From a bacterium (GTDB taxonomy: Bacteria > Myxococcota_A > Bradymonadia > UBA7976 > UBA1532): a stretch of 64,000 nt of DNA. Position numbers and translations under genes: made by a program. The stretch is from assembly GCA_030427205.1 (NCBI GenBank), contig JAUHXC010000011.1, positions 172,016 through 236,015 on the forward strand, given 5' to 3'. This document shows, piece after piece, positions 17,900-31,402 of this stretch (position 1 is the first letter of the stretch; every line of letters begins with the position of its first letter). Under the pieces are notes generated by a model. It did not search any database. It was not told where the DNA came from and saw only the letters and a program-made list of their open reading frames with translations.

Positions 17900-18072
17900 G
17901 AGTCTGTAGTGCATAGCCCGACACATCGCCCAGCACGGTCCCGTTCACCGATTTCGGTGTCGTCAGGCGCTCGACATACGTCGAGTATCTCTGCGGCCCT
18001 CCTCCTTGAACTCGGCGAACGGCCCCGCACCGGGCTCGGTCGTCTACGCCCTACAGCCTCCTAGTCCGGCCC

Positions 18073-19560
18073 GTGTCGCACCACCCTCAATCGGCGGCGG
18101 TGGTGGTCGGCGTCGACCACTACCCCGACCCGGCCATCGCCGATCTGCGCGGCGCGGTGGCCGACGGCCGGGCCATGGCCCGGCTGCTCGTCGAACACTT
18201 CGGCTTCGCGCCCGATCGCGTCGTGACCCTCTTCGACGAACGGGCGACCGCCGCCCGCATCGAAGGGGCCGTCGACTGGCTGGCGCGCACCGTCGGCCCG
18301 GAGGGCGCGGCGGTCTTCTTCTTCGCCGGGCACGGGGCGCAGCGCTTCGACGACTCGGGGGACGAGTCCGACGACTTCGACGAGACCTTCGTGCCCCACG
18401 ACAGCGGCCGCGGCGCGCGGCCCGATCGCGACCTGACCGACGACTGGATGCGCGTCCGGCTCGAGCGGCTCGCCAAGCGGGCGGCGAGCGTCACCGCCAT
18501 ATTCGACTGCTGTCACTCGGGCACCATGGGCCGGGCGGAGGGCTACACCGGCGTGCGTGGGGCCGCGCCGGTCAAGGGCCCGCGGCGCGCCCGCGGACCG
18601 GCCCTGCGCCGCGCCGGCGGCGACCTGCCCTATGTGCTGCTCGCGGCGGCCGCCGCCGACGAGGCGGCCCACGAGAAGACCGTCGGCGAGAAGCCGCAGG
18701 GGGTCTTCACCCGGGCGCTGGTCGGCGCGCTGGCGGCGAGCACGGCCCGGGACTCGTGGCGCACCCTCATCGCCCGGGTCGCCGACGACGTCGGCCGGGC
18801 GCAGGCCGAGGGGCAGCGGCAGACCCCGCAGCTCGAAGGCGCCCATCGCGATCGACGGCCGTTCTCCACCGCGCAGCCCGAGGCGCGCTGGGCGCCGGCC
18901 GAGGCCGACGGTGGGGGCATCGCGGTGGCCCTCGGCGCGCTGCACGGCGTCGCGATGGATACGGTGCTGACCATCGAGCCCATCGGGGGGCAGACAGGCC
19001 CGCTGAACGCCCGGGTGGTCGATCTGGGGCCGTTCTCGTGCCGCTGCGTACCGCTGGACGGGCGAGCGGTCGACGGGCCGCTGCGGGCCTTCCCGCCGCC
19101 CCAGCGGCCGTCTCTCTGGGATCTGACCGCCGATCCGACCTATGCCGCCGACCCGTTCGACCTCGTCTTCGACGCCAGCGGGCTCGTCGACGACGACGGG
19201 GCGCAGGTGGTGCACGCGGGCGACGCGCTGACGCTGACCTTCGACAATACCGGCAACCGGCGGGTGCACGTCGCGCTGGCGGCGATCGACGTCGACGGCC
19301 GGGTGCGGGTGCTGGCGCCCGAGCCGGGCGGCGAGATGCAGATCGCGCCCTTCGGCCGCCACGCCGAGATCATCGAAGCCGAGCTGCCCCGCGAGCGCCC
19401 GGGCGGCATGCGCTGGCGGCTGGTGCTCGTCGTCAGCAGCGCGCGCTTCGACGCCGGCCTGCTCGAGACCGCGGCGCGTACGATCATCCCCCCGATAAAG
19501 AATCTGCTGCTGGCGCTCTATCCCATGGTGGTGCGGGTGCTGCCCCCGCCCGAGCGCTGA
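18073..19560 (+). CDS. caspase-family (peptidase C14) protein with C-terminal beta-rich domain
   Basis: Caspase His/Cys dyad FFFAGHGAQ ... AIFDCCHSGT; GTG start as in ORF track (no good SD, start uncertain). Confidence 0.7.
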   Translation: MSHHPQSAAVVVGVDHYPDPAIADLRGAVADGRAMARLLVEHFGFAPDRVVTLFDERATAARIEGAVDWLARTVGPEGAAVFFFAGHGAQRFDDSGDESDDFDETFVPHDSGRGARPDRDLTDDWMRVRLERLAKRAASVTAIFDCCHSGTMGRAEGYTGVRGAAPVKGPRRARGPALRRAGGDLPYVLLAAAAADEAAHEKTVGEKPQGVFTRALVGALAASTARDSWRTLIARVADDVGRAQAEGQRQTPQLEGAHRDRRPFSTAQPEARWAPAEADGGGIAVALGALHGVAMDTVLTIEPIGGQTGPLNARVVDLGPFSCRCVPLDGRAVDGPLRAFPPPQRPSLWDLTADPTYAADPFDLVFDASGLVDDDGAQVVHAGDALTLTFDNTGNRRVHVALAAIDVDGRVRVLAPEPGGEMQIAPFGRHAEIIEAELPRERPGGMRWRLVLVVSSARFDAGLLETAARTIIPPIKNLLLALYPMVVRVLPPPER

Positions 19561-19575
19561 GCCACCGGAGACGTC

Positions 19576-21960
19576 ATGCCCGAAGAGAGACAGCGCGCCG
19601 AGGCCGGCGCGAAGCCCGATGAGTCCCGCGCCGGCTGGCGGGCCCTCATTGTCGGCATCGACCGCTTCGCCCGGGTCGGCGGTCTGCAGGGCGCCGCCCA
19701 GGACGCCGCGCAGGCCGAGGCGTTCGCCCGCGAGGGCCTGCGCATCCCGCCCGAGAACATCACCGTGCTCACCAACGAGGCGGCCACCCGCGAGGCGGTG
19801 ATCGCGGCCCTGCGCGCGCTCGGCGACGCCGAGCTGACCGCCGACGATCAGGTGTTCGTGCACATCTCCAGCCACGGCACCCGCATGCTCGACCCGCTCG
19901 ACCAGAGCCCCAGCGGCTTCATCGAGTGCCTGGTGGTCTACGACAGCGGCCCGGGCGGCGCGTGGCACATCCCCGACCTGACCATGGGCGCGCTTTTCGA
20001 CCGCGTCACCCGCAAGACCGAGCGGCTGACGGTGGTGATCGACACCTGCCACTCGGGCTCGGCCACCCGCAGCAACGTGCGGCTGACGAACACCGACAAG
20101 CGCTCGCCGCCGGCCGACCTCGACGCACACATCCGCGCCGAGGGCTCCGGCGTCCTCGACGGCACCATGCGCTATGTGGTGCTCGCCGCCTGCCAGGACC
20201 GGGAGCTGGCCTTCGAACACCACGAGCGGGTCGGCGACCAGACGATCGTCTCGGGGCTCTTCTCACGCTTCCTCTATCCCGCGCTGCGCGCGGCGCGCAG
20301 CGACACCTCGTACCGCATGCTGATGGAGCGGGTGGCGGTGCAGGTCAGCGGCCGGCAGAGCCAGCACCCGCTCTGCGAGGGCCGCGCCGATCGGGCGATC
20401 TTCGGCGGGGCCGACGTGCGGGTCGACCGCTTCTTGACGGTGGTCGGCGAGCGCATCGGCAGCGTCGCCATCGACGGCGGCACGCTGCACGGGCTGCGGC
20501 CGGGCGACCGCGTGGCGTTCTACGGGCCCGAGCTGCGCACGCTGGACCAGCTGAAGGCCGGCGCCGACGACGTACCGGTCGAGCCGCTGGCCATCGGTAC
20601 GCTCACCGCGGTGGACAGCACCCGCAGCAGCGCGCGTATCGAGCCGCCGCCCGAAGGCCGGCCGGCGCCCGAGAGCCTGATGTTCGCCCGCGTATTGCGC
20701 GAAGGGCCGCTGACCGATGGCGGCACCGTGCGCTTCGAGGTCGAGCCCGGGGCCCGGCCGCTCGGCAAGCCGCCGCACTACATCCAGTGGCGGCTGGCCG
20801 AGCCGGGCGAGGTGCCCGACACCGTGGTGAAGGTGGGGCACACGCAGATCGAGCTGCTCGACGCCGCCGGCCACCAGCGGGTCTCGCCGCAGCCCCGCTC
20901 GGGCGAGATCTGGGACAGCATCTCGATCATCGCCCGGGTCGATCGGCTCAAGCGCCTGCGCAACCCCGACCGCGGCTCGCTGCTGCAGGACGGCTTCGAG
21001 ATTCGGGTGCGGCGGCTGGTCGACGATCACGACGCCCGCAAGAGCCCGGTGATCGAGCCGACGCGGGGGCGCGTCGTGCTGCCCTACGATCCTGGCGCGC
21101 CGACGACCTGGTACATGACCGAGCTGATCAACCGCACGACCCGCACCGCGCGGCCGCATCTGCTGCTGCTCAACGCCGACTACAGCGTCGTGCCGCTGCT
21201 CTCGCAAGCCTCGGGCGCGCGCGCGGTGGACGACGGACGGGCTGTCTTCGTCGGCCATCGAGACCAGTCCCAGCGCTTCGCCGCGTTTCTGCCCGGCGAC
21301 GTACCCGGCGACGCATGGTGGGTCCGGGCCGACAATACCTTGCTGCTGCTGGCGAGCCGGCGACCGATCAACGTCGACCTGCTCCGCCAGGGCGGGATCC
21401 GCAGCCAGCCGCCCCAGGGCCGCACCCCCGAGCGCGACAGCCTGACGAACCTGCTCGCCGACTGCGCCGCCGGCCGACGCATGCTGCGTCGACGAGCGCC
21501 GGAGGACTGGGGCGCCCAGCACTTTCAGATCACGGTGCTGCGCCGCCCCGCCGAGGTGCGTCCGGTCGGCGCGGGCGCGCTGCCCATCGGCCTCGGCTTC
21601 GACGCCGCCGGCATCGAGGGCACCCTCTGCGCCGCCGAGTTCGACCGGATGGCGCTCTTCACCCCGCTCGACCGCCCGCCGCTGGAGTCCTTGTCCGTCG
21701 CCGGCCTCGAGCCGGTGCTCTCACCCGCCCGCGGGTCGGGCACCTCGCCGCTGGTGGTGCGCGTCGTCGGCAAGGCGGCCCCCGGGGCGAAGCTGACCCT
21801 GAAGGTGCCCACCGAAGATCAGCCGCTGGTGCCGGTGGCCTTCGATCGCGCGGGCCATACCGTCGTCGGTCGACCGGGCGGGCCCGGCGAGGCCGTCTTC
21901 GACCTGCCTACGGCCTTCGACCGCCCGTTCCTGCTGGCCCGCCCCCGCTCGAGCTCATGA
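19576..21960 (+). CDS. caspase-family (peptidase C14) protein, large, paralog of upstream gene
   Basis: VFVHISSHGTRM ... VVIDTCHSGSA dyad; post-caspase segment GSVAIDGGTLHGLRPGDRVAF parallels GIAVALGALHGVAMDTVLTI of the upstream protein. Confidence 0.7.
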   Translation: MPEERQRAEAGAKPDESRAGWRALIVGIDRFARVGGLQGAAQDAAQAEAFAREGLRIPPENITVLTNEAATREAVIAALRALGDAELTADDQVFVHISSHGTRMLDPLDQSPSGFIECLVVYDSGPGGAWHIPDLTMGALFDRVTRKTERLTVVIDTCHSGSATRSNVRLTNTDKRSPPADLDAHIRAEGSGVLDGTMRYVVLAACQDRELAFEHHERVGDQTIVSGLFSRFLYPALRAARSDTSYRMLMERVAVQVSGRQSQHPLCEGRADRAIFGGADVRVDRFLTVVGERIGSVAIDGGTLHGLRPGDRVAFYGPELRTLDQLKAGADDVPVEPLAIGTLTAVDSTRSSARIEPPPEGRPAPESLMFARVLREGPLTDGGTVRFEVEPGARPLGKPPHYIQWRLAEPGEVPDTVVKVGHTQIELLDAAGHQRVSPQPRSGEIWDSISIIARVDRLKRLRNPDRGSLLQDGFEIRVRRLVDDHDARKSPVIEPTRGRVVLPYDPGAPTTWYMTELINRTTRTARPHLLLLNADYSVVPLLSQASGARAVDDGRAVFVGHRDQSQRFAAFLPGDVPGDAWWVRADNTLLLLASRRPINVDLLRQGGIRSQPPQGRTPERDSLTNLLADCAAGRRMLRRRAPEDWGAQHFQITVLRRPAEVRPVGAGALPIGLGFDAAGIEGTLCAAEFDRMALFTPLDRPPLESLSVAGLEPVLSPARGSGTSPLVVRVVGKAAPGAKLTLKVPTEDQPLVPVAFDRAGHTVVGRPGGPGEAVFDLPTAFDRPFLLARPRSSS

Positions 21961-22892
21961 CCGCGCGCCCGATCCACCTCGCCCTGCTCGCGCTGGCCGC
22001 CGCGTGCAGCGATCCGCCGCCCGCGGCCCCACCGGCCGCCGAGACGCCGCCCGCCGAAGCGGCCCCCGCGGCCCCGACCGGCCCGACCGTCGCCGAGCGG
22101 CGGGCCCGATTCGAAGCCCGCCCGACGGTCGACCTGCCCGACGACCTGCCGCCCGCGTGGCGCGGCTACGCCAAGGCGCTCGACGGCCGGCTGGTCGAGG
22201 CGCGGCACGCGGTGCGCAGCCACCCCGGCCGCGCCGGCTATCGCGCGGTCTCGCTGACGATCCGGGTCTTCGGCCTCGACGACGCCGTCCGGGCGCGGGT
22301 GCACGGCGCGCTGGCCGGGCTCGATCTGCCCGAGCTGCCGCCGCTGGCCGACGCCGGCGAAGACTTCTGGCGCGGCGAGGTGATCGTCGATGGGCCGGTG
22401 CGCTGGCGGATCGACATCGGCCGGCTGGTGGCCCCGCCCGGCGAGCCCCGAGAGCAGATCGTGGCCCTGGAGTGGACCCGCGAGCCGCCGCCGGCCGCGC
22501 CGGACGTGCGCGACTGCCGCAAGCCCCCCGCGGTGCCGGCGCCGGCGAGCGCGCCGGCGTGGCTCAGTCGCACGACGAGCAAACGCACCACCCGCCGCCG
22601 GGTCACCGCCGAGATCCGGCGCACCGCGAAGGCGAAGGCGATCGAAGAGCGCATCGAGCTGCGCATGCTCTTCCGCAACAGCTACGCCCACGACGAGCAC
22701 CTGCGCCATCTGGCCGAGGCGGCGGCCAAGGCCGGCTTCACCCGGGAGGGTGACGCGGGCACCCGCCAGCGCTGGGCGCACCCCGACGGCAGCCGGTTCA
22801 CCTTCGCGCCGGAGACCGCGGGTGATCTGAAGCTGGGGTGCACTCTGGCGGGGCCGGCCTTGCGGCTGACGCTCACCCGCTCGGGCGGCTGA
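21957..22892 (+). CDS. hypothetical lipoprotein translationally coupled to caspase gene
   Basis: ATGA overlap 21957..21960; MTARPIHLALLALAAACSDPPP (lipobox); 3' part of artefactual ORF 19926..22892. Confidence 0.5.
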   Translation: MTARPIHLALLALAAACSDPPPAAPPAAETPPAEAAPAAPTGPTVAERRARFEARPTVDLPDDLPPAWRGYAKALDGRLVEARHAVRSHPGRAGYRAVSLTIRVFGLDDAVRARVHGALAGLDLPELPPLADAGEDFWRGEVIVDGPVRWRIDIGRLVAPPGEPREQIVALEWTREPPPAAPDVRDCRKPPAVPAPASAPAWLSRTTSKRTTRRRVTAEIRRTAKAKAIEERIELRMLFRNSYAHDEHLRHLAEAAAKAGFTREGDAGTRQRWAHPDGSRFTFAPETAGDLKLGCTLAGPALRLTLTRSGG

Positions 22893-22953
22893 GCGTCGGG
22901 CGGGCGGCGGGCGGCGGGCGGTGAGAGGCAGGAGGCGGGCGCTCGACCGCCCG

Positions 22954-23430
22954 TCAGAGGGCCTTGATGCTGGTCAGGATCTTGGTGATGGCGGCGTCGT
23001 GCTTCTTGCCGGCGCCCTTCTCGCTGAAGCCGATGAGGACCAGCGCCTTGCCGTTGGGCGGCACCACGATCGCCAGCCCGACCTCGATCGCCTGGCCCTC
23101 CATGGTGCCGGTGCCCTCGGCTGCGAAGACCGGCATGCCGTTGGCCTTGCCCTCCTGGGGCTCGCCGCCCTGGAAGTTCTTGATGCCCATCTCGTCGAGC
23201 ATGCCGTCGAGCTCGTCCATCATCGCCTCGAGCGCCGGCTGATCGACGCCGAGGAAGATCGCGAAGACGGTCTCGTCGGGCGAGATGGTGCTGACCATCG
23301 GGCCCTGCATCTCGGTCTTCCACGCGTCGGGCAGGTGGTACTGCACCCCGGCCTCGGGGTGCTCGATCTCCTTGGCGAAGGCGGGACCGGCGACGAACAG
23401 GGCGGCGAGGCACAGCATGAGGGTACGCAT
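22954..23430 (-). CDS. hypothetical secreted protein
   Basis: Internal start MRTLMLCLAALFVAGPAFA (signal peptide), cat 23428..23430. Confidence 0.45.
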   Translation of the reverse strand: MRTLMLCLAALFVAGPAFAKEIEHPEAGVQYHLPDAWKTEMQGPMVSTISPDETVFAIFLGVDQPALEAMMDELDGMLDEMGIKNFQGGEPQEGKANGMPVFAAEGTGTMEGQAIEVGLAIVVPPNGKALVLIGFSEKGAGKKHDAAITKILTSIKAL

Positions 23431-23584
23431 CGGATGACTCCTTTGTCGTTGTGTGATGCGGGGTTGTGATGATTTCTGCTGGGAGGCGCGCAGGCTCGGC
23501 CCCCAGTCCGCAATCAGAATCGAAAAAAGTGTCAAGCGGGCTTTACAGCCGCCGTCGGCGCGCGGGCGACACCCGACGCATCGG

Positions 23585-23613
23585 TTGACTCCACGGTGCT
23601 GCGGCCCTACACT
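23585..23613 (+). promoter_or_regulatory. sigma-70-like promoter upstream of ffh (TTGACT-N17-TACACT)
   Basis: ttgact 23585..23590, 17-nt spacer, tacact 23608..23613; about 57 nt upstream of ffh ATG. Confidence 0.4.
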
Positions 23614-23669
23614 CCCATGCCCCTCGTCCGGCCCCTTCCGGCCGGGCGCCACTCCAGCCGGGACGTCCG

Positions 23670-25366
<1,697 letters not shown>

Positions 25367-25370
<4 letters not shown>

Positions 25371-26263
25371 CCGATACGCCGCGCTGCCCGGCGCACCCGG
25401 CGGCCGAGGCCGTCGCCGCCTGCGTGCAGTGCGGGCGCTGGGTCTGCGCCGACTGCCGGCGGGTCGACGAGGACGGCCTCGGCGGCTGCACGGAGTGCGT
25501 GCTCGACGCGGGCGACCCGCCGCAGGATGACGCCCCGGCGCACGAGACCCCCGACGCCGTCGCCGCCGGCCCAGCGGCGGTGGTCGAGCCGGACGTCGAG
25601 CCGGCCGACCGTCCGCCCCCGCCGAGCCCCCGAACCCCGCCCACATGGGTCGAGGCCCCGCCGCCCGAGCCCGAGCTGCACGTCGTCGGGCCGACGCCGG
25701 TCCCCTGGGAGAACGGCGGCCGCCACAGCGATTTGCAGGCCTTCGTGCTCACCGCCCGCGCGGCGTTGCTGGGTCCGGCGCGATACATGGCCCGCATCCC
25801 GTGGGCGCGCGGCGACCTGCGCACGCCGCTGCTCTTCGCCCTGCTCGCGGGCATCATCGGCCAGTTGGGCTTGATGCTCATCACCCGCTTCGTCGGCCCG
25901 CCGGCGGGTATGACCGGCGCCGCGGGCGGCTTCTCCCAGCTGCCGGTGGGCAGCGCGCTGGCCACCGCGCCGCTGCTGCCGCTGATGGTGGCGGTGTCGA
26001 TCTTCGTGGGCTCCTGGCTGGCCCACGGGATGCTGCGCCTCTCGGGCGATCCGCCGCGGCCCTACGAGGCCACGTTTCGGGTCTACGCCTACGCCGAGGT
26101 CTCGTCGCTGCTGCTGCTCGTGCCGTGGATCGGGCCCTACGCGGCCCGCTTCGCGTTCGTCTTCCTGCTGCTGACCGGCTTCCGCATGGCCCAGGGCGCC
26201 GGCTTCTCGGCGAGCCTGCTGGCGATGGCCCCCAGCGTGGTGTTGATGTGGGTGCTGGTCTGA
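25367..26263 (+). CDS. membrane protein: N-terminal zinc-ribbon (CxxC..CxxC) plus Yip1-like polytopic domain
   Basis: GTG 25367 overlapping ffh TGA (GTGA); CPAHPAAEAVAACVQCGRWVCADCRR...CTEC; 5 predicted TM helices. Confidence 0.5.
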
Positions 26264-26333
26264 CGGGGGCCGCGTCCGATACCATCCCGACAGGCGGTCC
26301 CGGCGAGCGACGCCGGGCGCGAGGGAGGCGTGG

Positions 26334-27332
26334 ATGCGTTCGGCGGTGATCGGCGGCGGCAGCTGGGGCACGGCCCTGGCCAGGGTGCTCTGCGACAAGG
26401 GTCCGGTGACGCTGTGGGCCCGCTCGAAGGAGGTGGTCGAGGGCATCAACCGCGACCACAAGAACCCGCGCTACCAGAGCGAGATCGAGCTGCCGGCGCA
26501 CCTGAGCGCCACGAATACGCTGGCCGAGGCCCTCGACGGGGCCGAGCTGGTCTGCGTCGTGGTGCCGAGCCACGCGATGCGCTCGGTGATGGGCGAGGCC
26601 GCCGAGCACCTGACGCCGGGCGTGCCCATCGTCAGCGCCAGCAAAGGCATCGAGAACCAGACCCTCAAGACGATGGAAGAGGTGCTCACCGACGTGCTGC
26701 CGCGGGCGTTGTGGGCCGATCTGGCCTATCTCTCGGGGCCGAGCTTCGCCCGGGAGACCCTGCTCGAGATGGCCACCGCGGTGACGATCGCCGCCCGCTT
26801 CATGCCGGTGGCCGAGGCGGTGCAGGAGGCGTTCAGCACGGCGTACTTCCGCTGCTACACCACCGAGGACGTCACCGGCGTCGAGCTGGGCGGCGCGCTC
26901 AAGAACGTCGTCGCCATCGCCAGCGGCGTGGCTCACGGCCTCGGCCTGGGCCATAACAGCCGGGCGGGCCTGCTCACCCGCGGGCTGGCCGAGATCAGCC
27001 GCCTCGCCGTGGCCCGCGGCGCCAACCCGCTGACCCTCAGCGGCCTGGCGGGCATGGGCGACCTGGTGCTCACCTGCACCGGCAGCCTGTCGCGCAATCG
27101 CTCGGTGGGCGTCAAGCTGGGCCAGGGCGAGACCCTCGACGAGATCCTGGCCGGCATGAACCAGGTGGCCGAAGGGGTGCGCACCGCCCGCAGCGCCTAC
27201 AACCTCGCCCGCCGCGAGGGGGTCGAGATGCCGATCACCACCGAGGTCTACCGGGTGCTCTACGAGGGCAAGAGCCCGGCGAAGGGCGTGGCCGATCTGA
27301 TGGGCCGCGACCTCAAGCGGGAGCGGACCTGA
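26334..27332 (+). CDS. gpsA: NAD(P)H-dependent glycerol-3-phosphate dehydrogenase
   Basis: MRSAVIGGGSWGTALA Rossmann motif; full-length similarity pattern to GpsA (…NVVAIASG…GLGLGHN…). Confidence 0.9.
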   Translation: MRSAVIGGGSWGTALARVLCDKGPVTLWARSKEVVEGINRDHKNPRYQSEIELPAHLSATNTLAEALDGAELVCVVVPSHAMRSVMGEAAEHLTPGVPIVSASKGIENQTLKTMEEVLTDVLPRALWADLAYLSGPSFARETLLEMATAVTIAARFMPVAEAVQEAFSTAYFRCYTTEDVTGVELGGALKNVVAIASGVAHGLGLGHNSRAGLLTRGLAEISRLAVARGANPLTLSGLAGMGDLVLTCTGSLSRNRSVGVKLGQGETLDEILAGMNQVAEGVRTARSAYNLARREGVEMPITTEVYRVLYEGKSPAKGVADLMGRDLKRERT

Positions 27333-27949
27333 TGGCCCGGCTGCTCATCGTGCTGGGGCTGGCGACCGCGTTGGCGCCGGCGGTGGCCGGGGCTCAGGCC
27401 CGGGTCCGCACCGACGGCATCGCCCCCCGCGCCGCCGACTTCTACCCGGCCAACGACCGCGAGCGCGCCAAGAAGGCCAAGATCGACGAGATCTTCGGCG
27501 TCTTCCAGGTGCACCCGCCGCGGCGCCACCCGTCCGAGCGCGTGCGCACCAAGGGCCGCGCGGTGCAGATCGAGGTCTGGCACCCGGTGGGCGGCAATAC
27601 GGACGTCGAGCTCAAGACCCGGGCGGTGCAGTGGTTCGTCTTCGGGCGCACGCAATACGCCGAGGGCGTGCGCGGCGTCTTCAGCGAGTTCCCCGACATC
27701 ACCGATGTGCGCTTCGCCTTCACCGAGATCATCCGCCCCGACGAGAAGGGGCGTCGCCGCTCGGCCCAGAAAGACAAGGTCAAGCGCTACCTGCTGCTGC
27801 ACCTCGACCGGCGCACCTTCGAACGGCTCGACATGCAGAAGCTCACCGGCTGCGTCGAGCGCGGCGACTGCGCCCGGGAGTTCCGCAGCCTGTTCAAGGA
27901 CGCGCGCTTCGACCGCCGCTACACCCGCAAGGCCCGCCAAGAAGACTGA
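27332..27949 (+). CDS. hypothetical secreted protein
   Basis: TGATG overlap with gpsA stop; signal peptide MARLLIVLGLATALAPAVAGAQA. Confidence 0.45.
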   Translation: MARLLIVLGLATALAPAVAGAQARVRTDGIAPRAADFYPANDRERAKKAKIDEIFGVFQVHPPRRHPSERVRTKGRAVQIEVWHPVGGNTDVELKTRAVQWFVFGRTQYAEGVRGVFSEFPDITDVRFAFTEIIRPDEKGRRRSAQKDKVKRYLLLHLDRRTFERLDMQKLTGCVERGDCAREFRSLFKDARFDRRYTRKARQED

Positions 27950-27967
27950 CCCCATGCAGGACATGCC

Positions 27968-28831
27968 GTGAGCGAGACCTGGACCATCGCCCGGGTCCTC
28001 GATTGGACCACCGGCTACTTCAAAGACAAGCAGATCGACAGCCCGCGGTTCGACGCCGAGCTGCTCATCGCCGACGCGCTGGGCATCGACCGCATGCGGA
28101 TCTACCTCGATCACCACAAGCCGCTGCGCCCGAGCGAGCTGAGCGAGATCCGCGCGCGGGTTCAGCGCCGCGGGCGCTACGAGCCGGTGGCCTACATCAC
28201 CGGCAGCCGCGGCTTCTGGAGCATCGATCTGGCGGTCGATCGGCGGGTGCTGGTGCCCCGGCCCGATACGGAGCGGCTGGTCGAGCGGGCCATCGCCCGG
28301 CTGAAGGGCATCGAGGCCCCGCGGGTGGCCGACATCGGCTGCGGCAGCGGCGCCATCGCCCTGGCCATCGCGCACGACGTCGCCGACGCCCGGGTCATCG
28401 GCGTCGACCGCTCGGCGGACGCGCTGGCCGTCTCGCGGCACAACGGCGAAGCTCTGGGGCTCGGCGACCGGGTCGAGTGGCGCGAAGGCGACCTGCTCGG
28501 GCCGCTCGGCGAGGCCGACGGCCCGCTGCAGCTCATCGCCAGCAACCCGCCCTACATCCCCACCGGCGACCTGGCCGGGCTGATGCCCGATGTGCAGCAC
28601 GAGCCCCGCGCGGCGCTCGACGGCGGCGCCGACGGGCTCGATCTGGTGCGGCGCCTGATCGCCGACGCCCCGCCTTTGCTGGCCGAGGGCGGCGCGCTGC
28701 TGATCGAGATCGGCCACGACCAGGGCGCAGCGGTCAAGGCGCTGGCCGAGGCCGACGGGCGCTATACCGACGTGCAGATCGTGCAGGACTACGGCCGCCG
28801 CGATCGGGTGCTCGAGGCGACCCGCGCCTGA
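27968..28831 (+). CDS. prmC: release-factor glutamine N5-methyltransferase PrmC (HemK)
   Basis: GTG start; DIGCGSGAIALA SAM motif, NPPY catalytic motif. Confidence 0.85.
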   Translation: MSETWTIARVLDWTTGYFKDKQIDSPRFDAELLIADALGIDRMRIYLDHHKPLRPSELSEIRARVQRRGRYEPVAYITGSRGFWSIDLAVDRRVLVPRPDTERLVERAIARLKGIEAPRVADIGCGSGAIALAIAHDVADARVIGVDRSADALAVSRHNGEALGLGDRVEWREGDLLGPLGEADGPLQLIASNPPYIPTGDLAGLMPDVQHEPRAALDGGADGLDLVRRLIADAPPLLAEGGALLIEIGHDQGAAVKALAEADGRYTDVQIVQDYGRRDRVLEATRA

Positions 28832-28882
28832 GTCGTCCGCGGCCCGCTCCATCGCGCTGCTGCAGCGGCGCTTCCCGATGCG

Positions 28883-31162
<2,280 letters not shown>

Positions 31163-31304
31163 CGCGCCTCTCCCCCTCGTCGACGATGCCGTCTGACATA
31201 CCAGAACATGCCCGGCGCACGCCGCTGAAAGGCCGCCCGGCGCAGCATATGCGCTTGACACCCCTCGGACGTTCGAATAGTTTGCGCGTTCGGCGGATGG
31301 CAGT

Positions 31305-31380
31305 GCCGACATAGCTCAGCTGGTAGAGCAGCTCACTCGTAATGAGCAGGTCGTCGGTTCAAGTCCGACTGTCGGCTCCA
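31305..31380 (+). tRNA. tRNA-Thr (anticodon CGT)
   Basis: Cloverleaf by hand: acceptor gccgaca/tgtcggc, D arm gctc-agctggta-gagc, anticodon stem gctca/tgagc with loop ctCGTaa, T arm gtcgg-ttcaagt-ccgac, encoded CCA. Confidence 0.85.
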
Positions 31381-31402
31381 ACCCCATCCGCCGCACCATC
31401 CG

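Noticed and set aside
18061-20223. 720-aa minus-strand ORF
   Set aside because: It is antisense to the two caspase-family genes, which carry the clear HG/C-H-S-G catalytic motifs.
19926-21956. 5' portion of the 988-aa plus-strand ORF 19926..22892
   Set aside because: It is out of frame with the caspase gene 19576..21960. Only the 3' portion from ATG 21957 (lipoprotein signal peptide) is protein-like.
31163-31312. N-terminal extension of the 809-aa minus-strand ORF
   Set aside because: The extension overlaps tRNA-Thr. An internal start at 31162 gives a canonical lipoprotein signal peptide and RBS.
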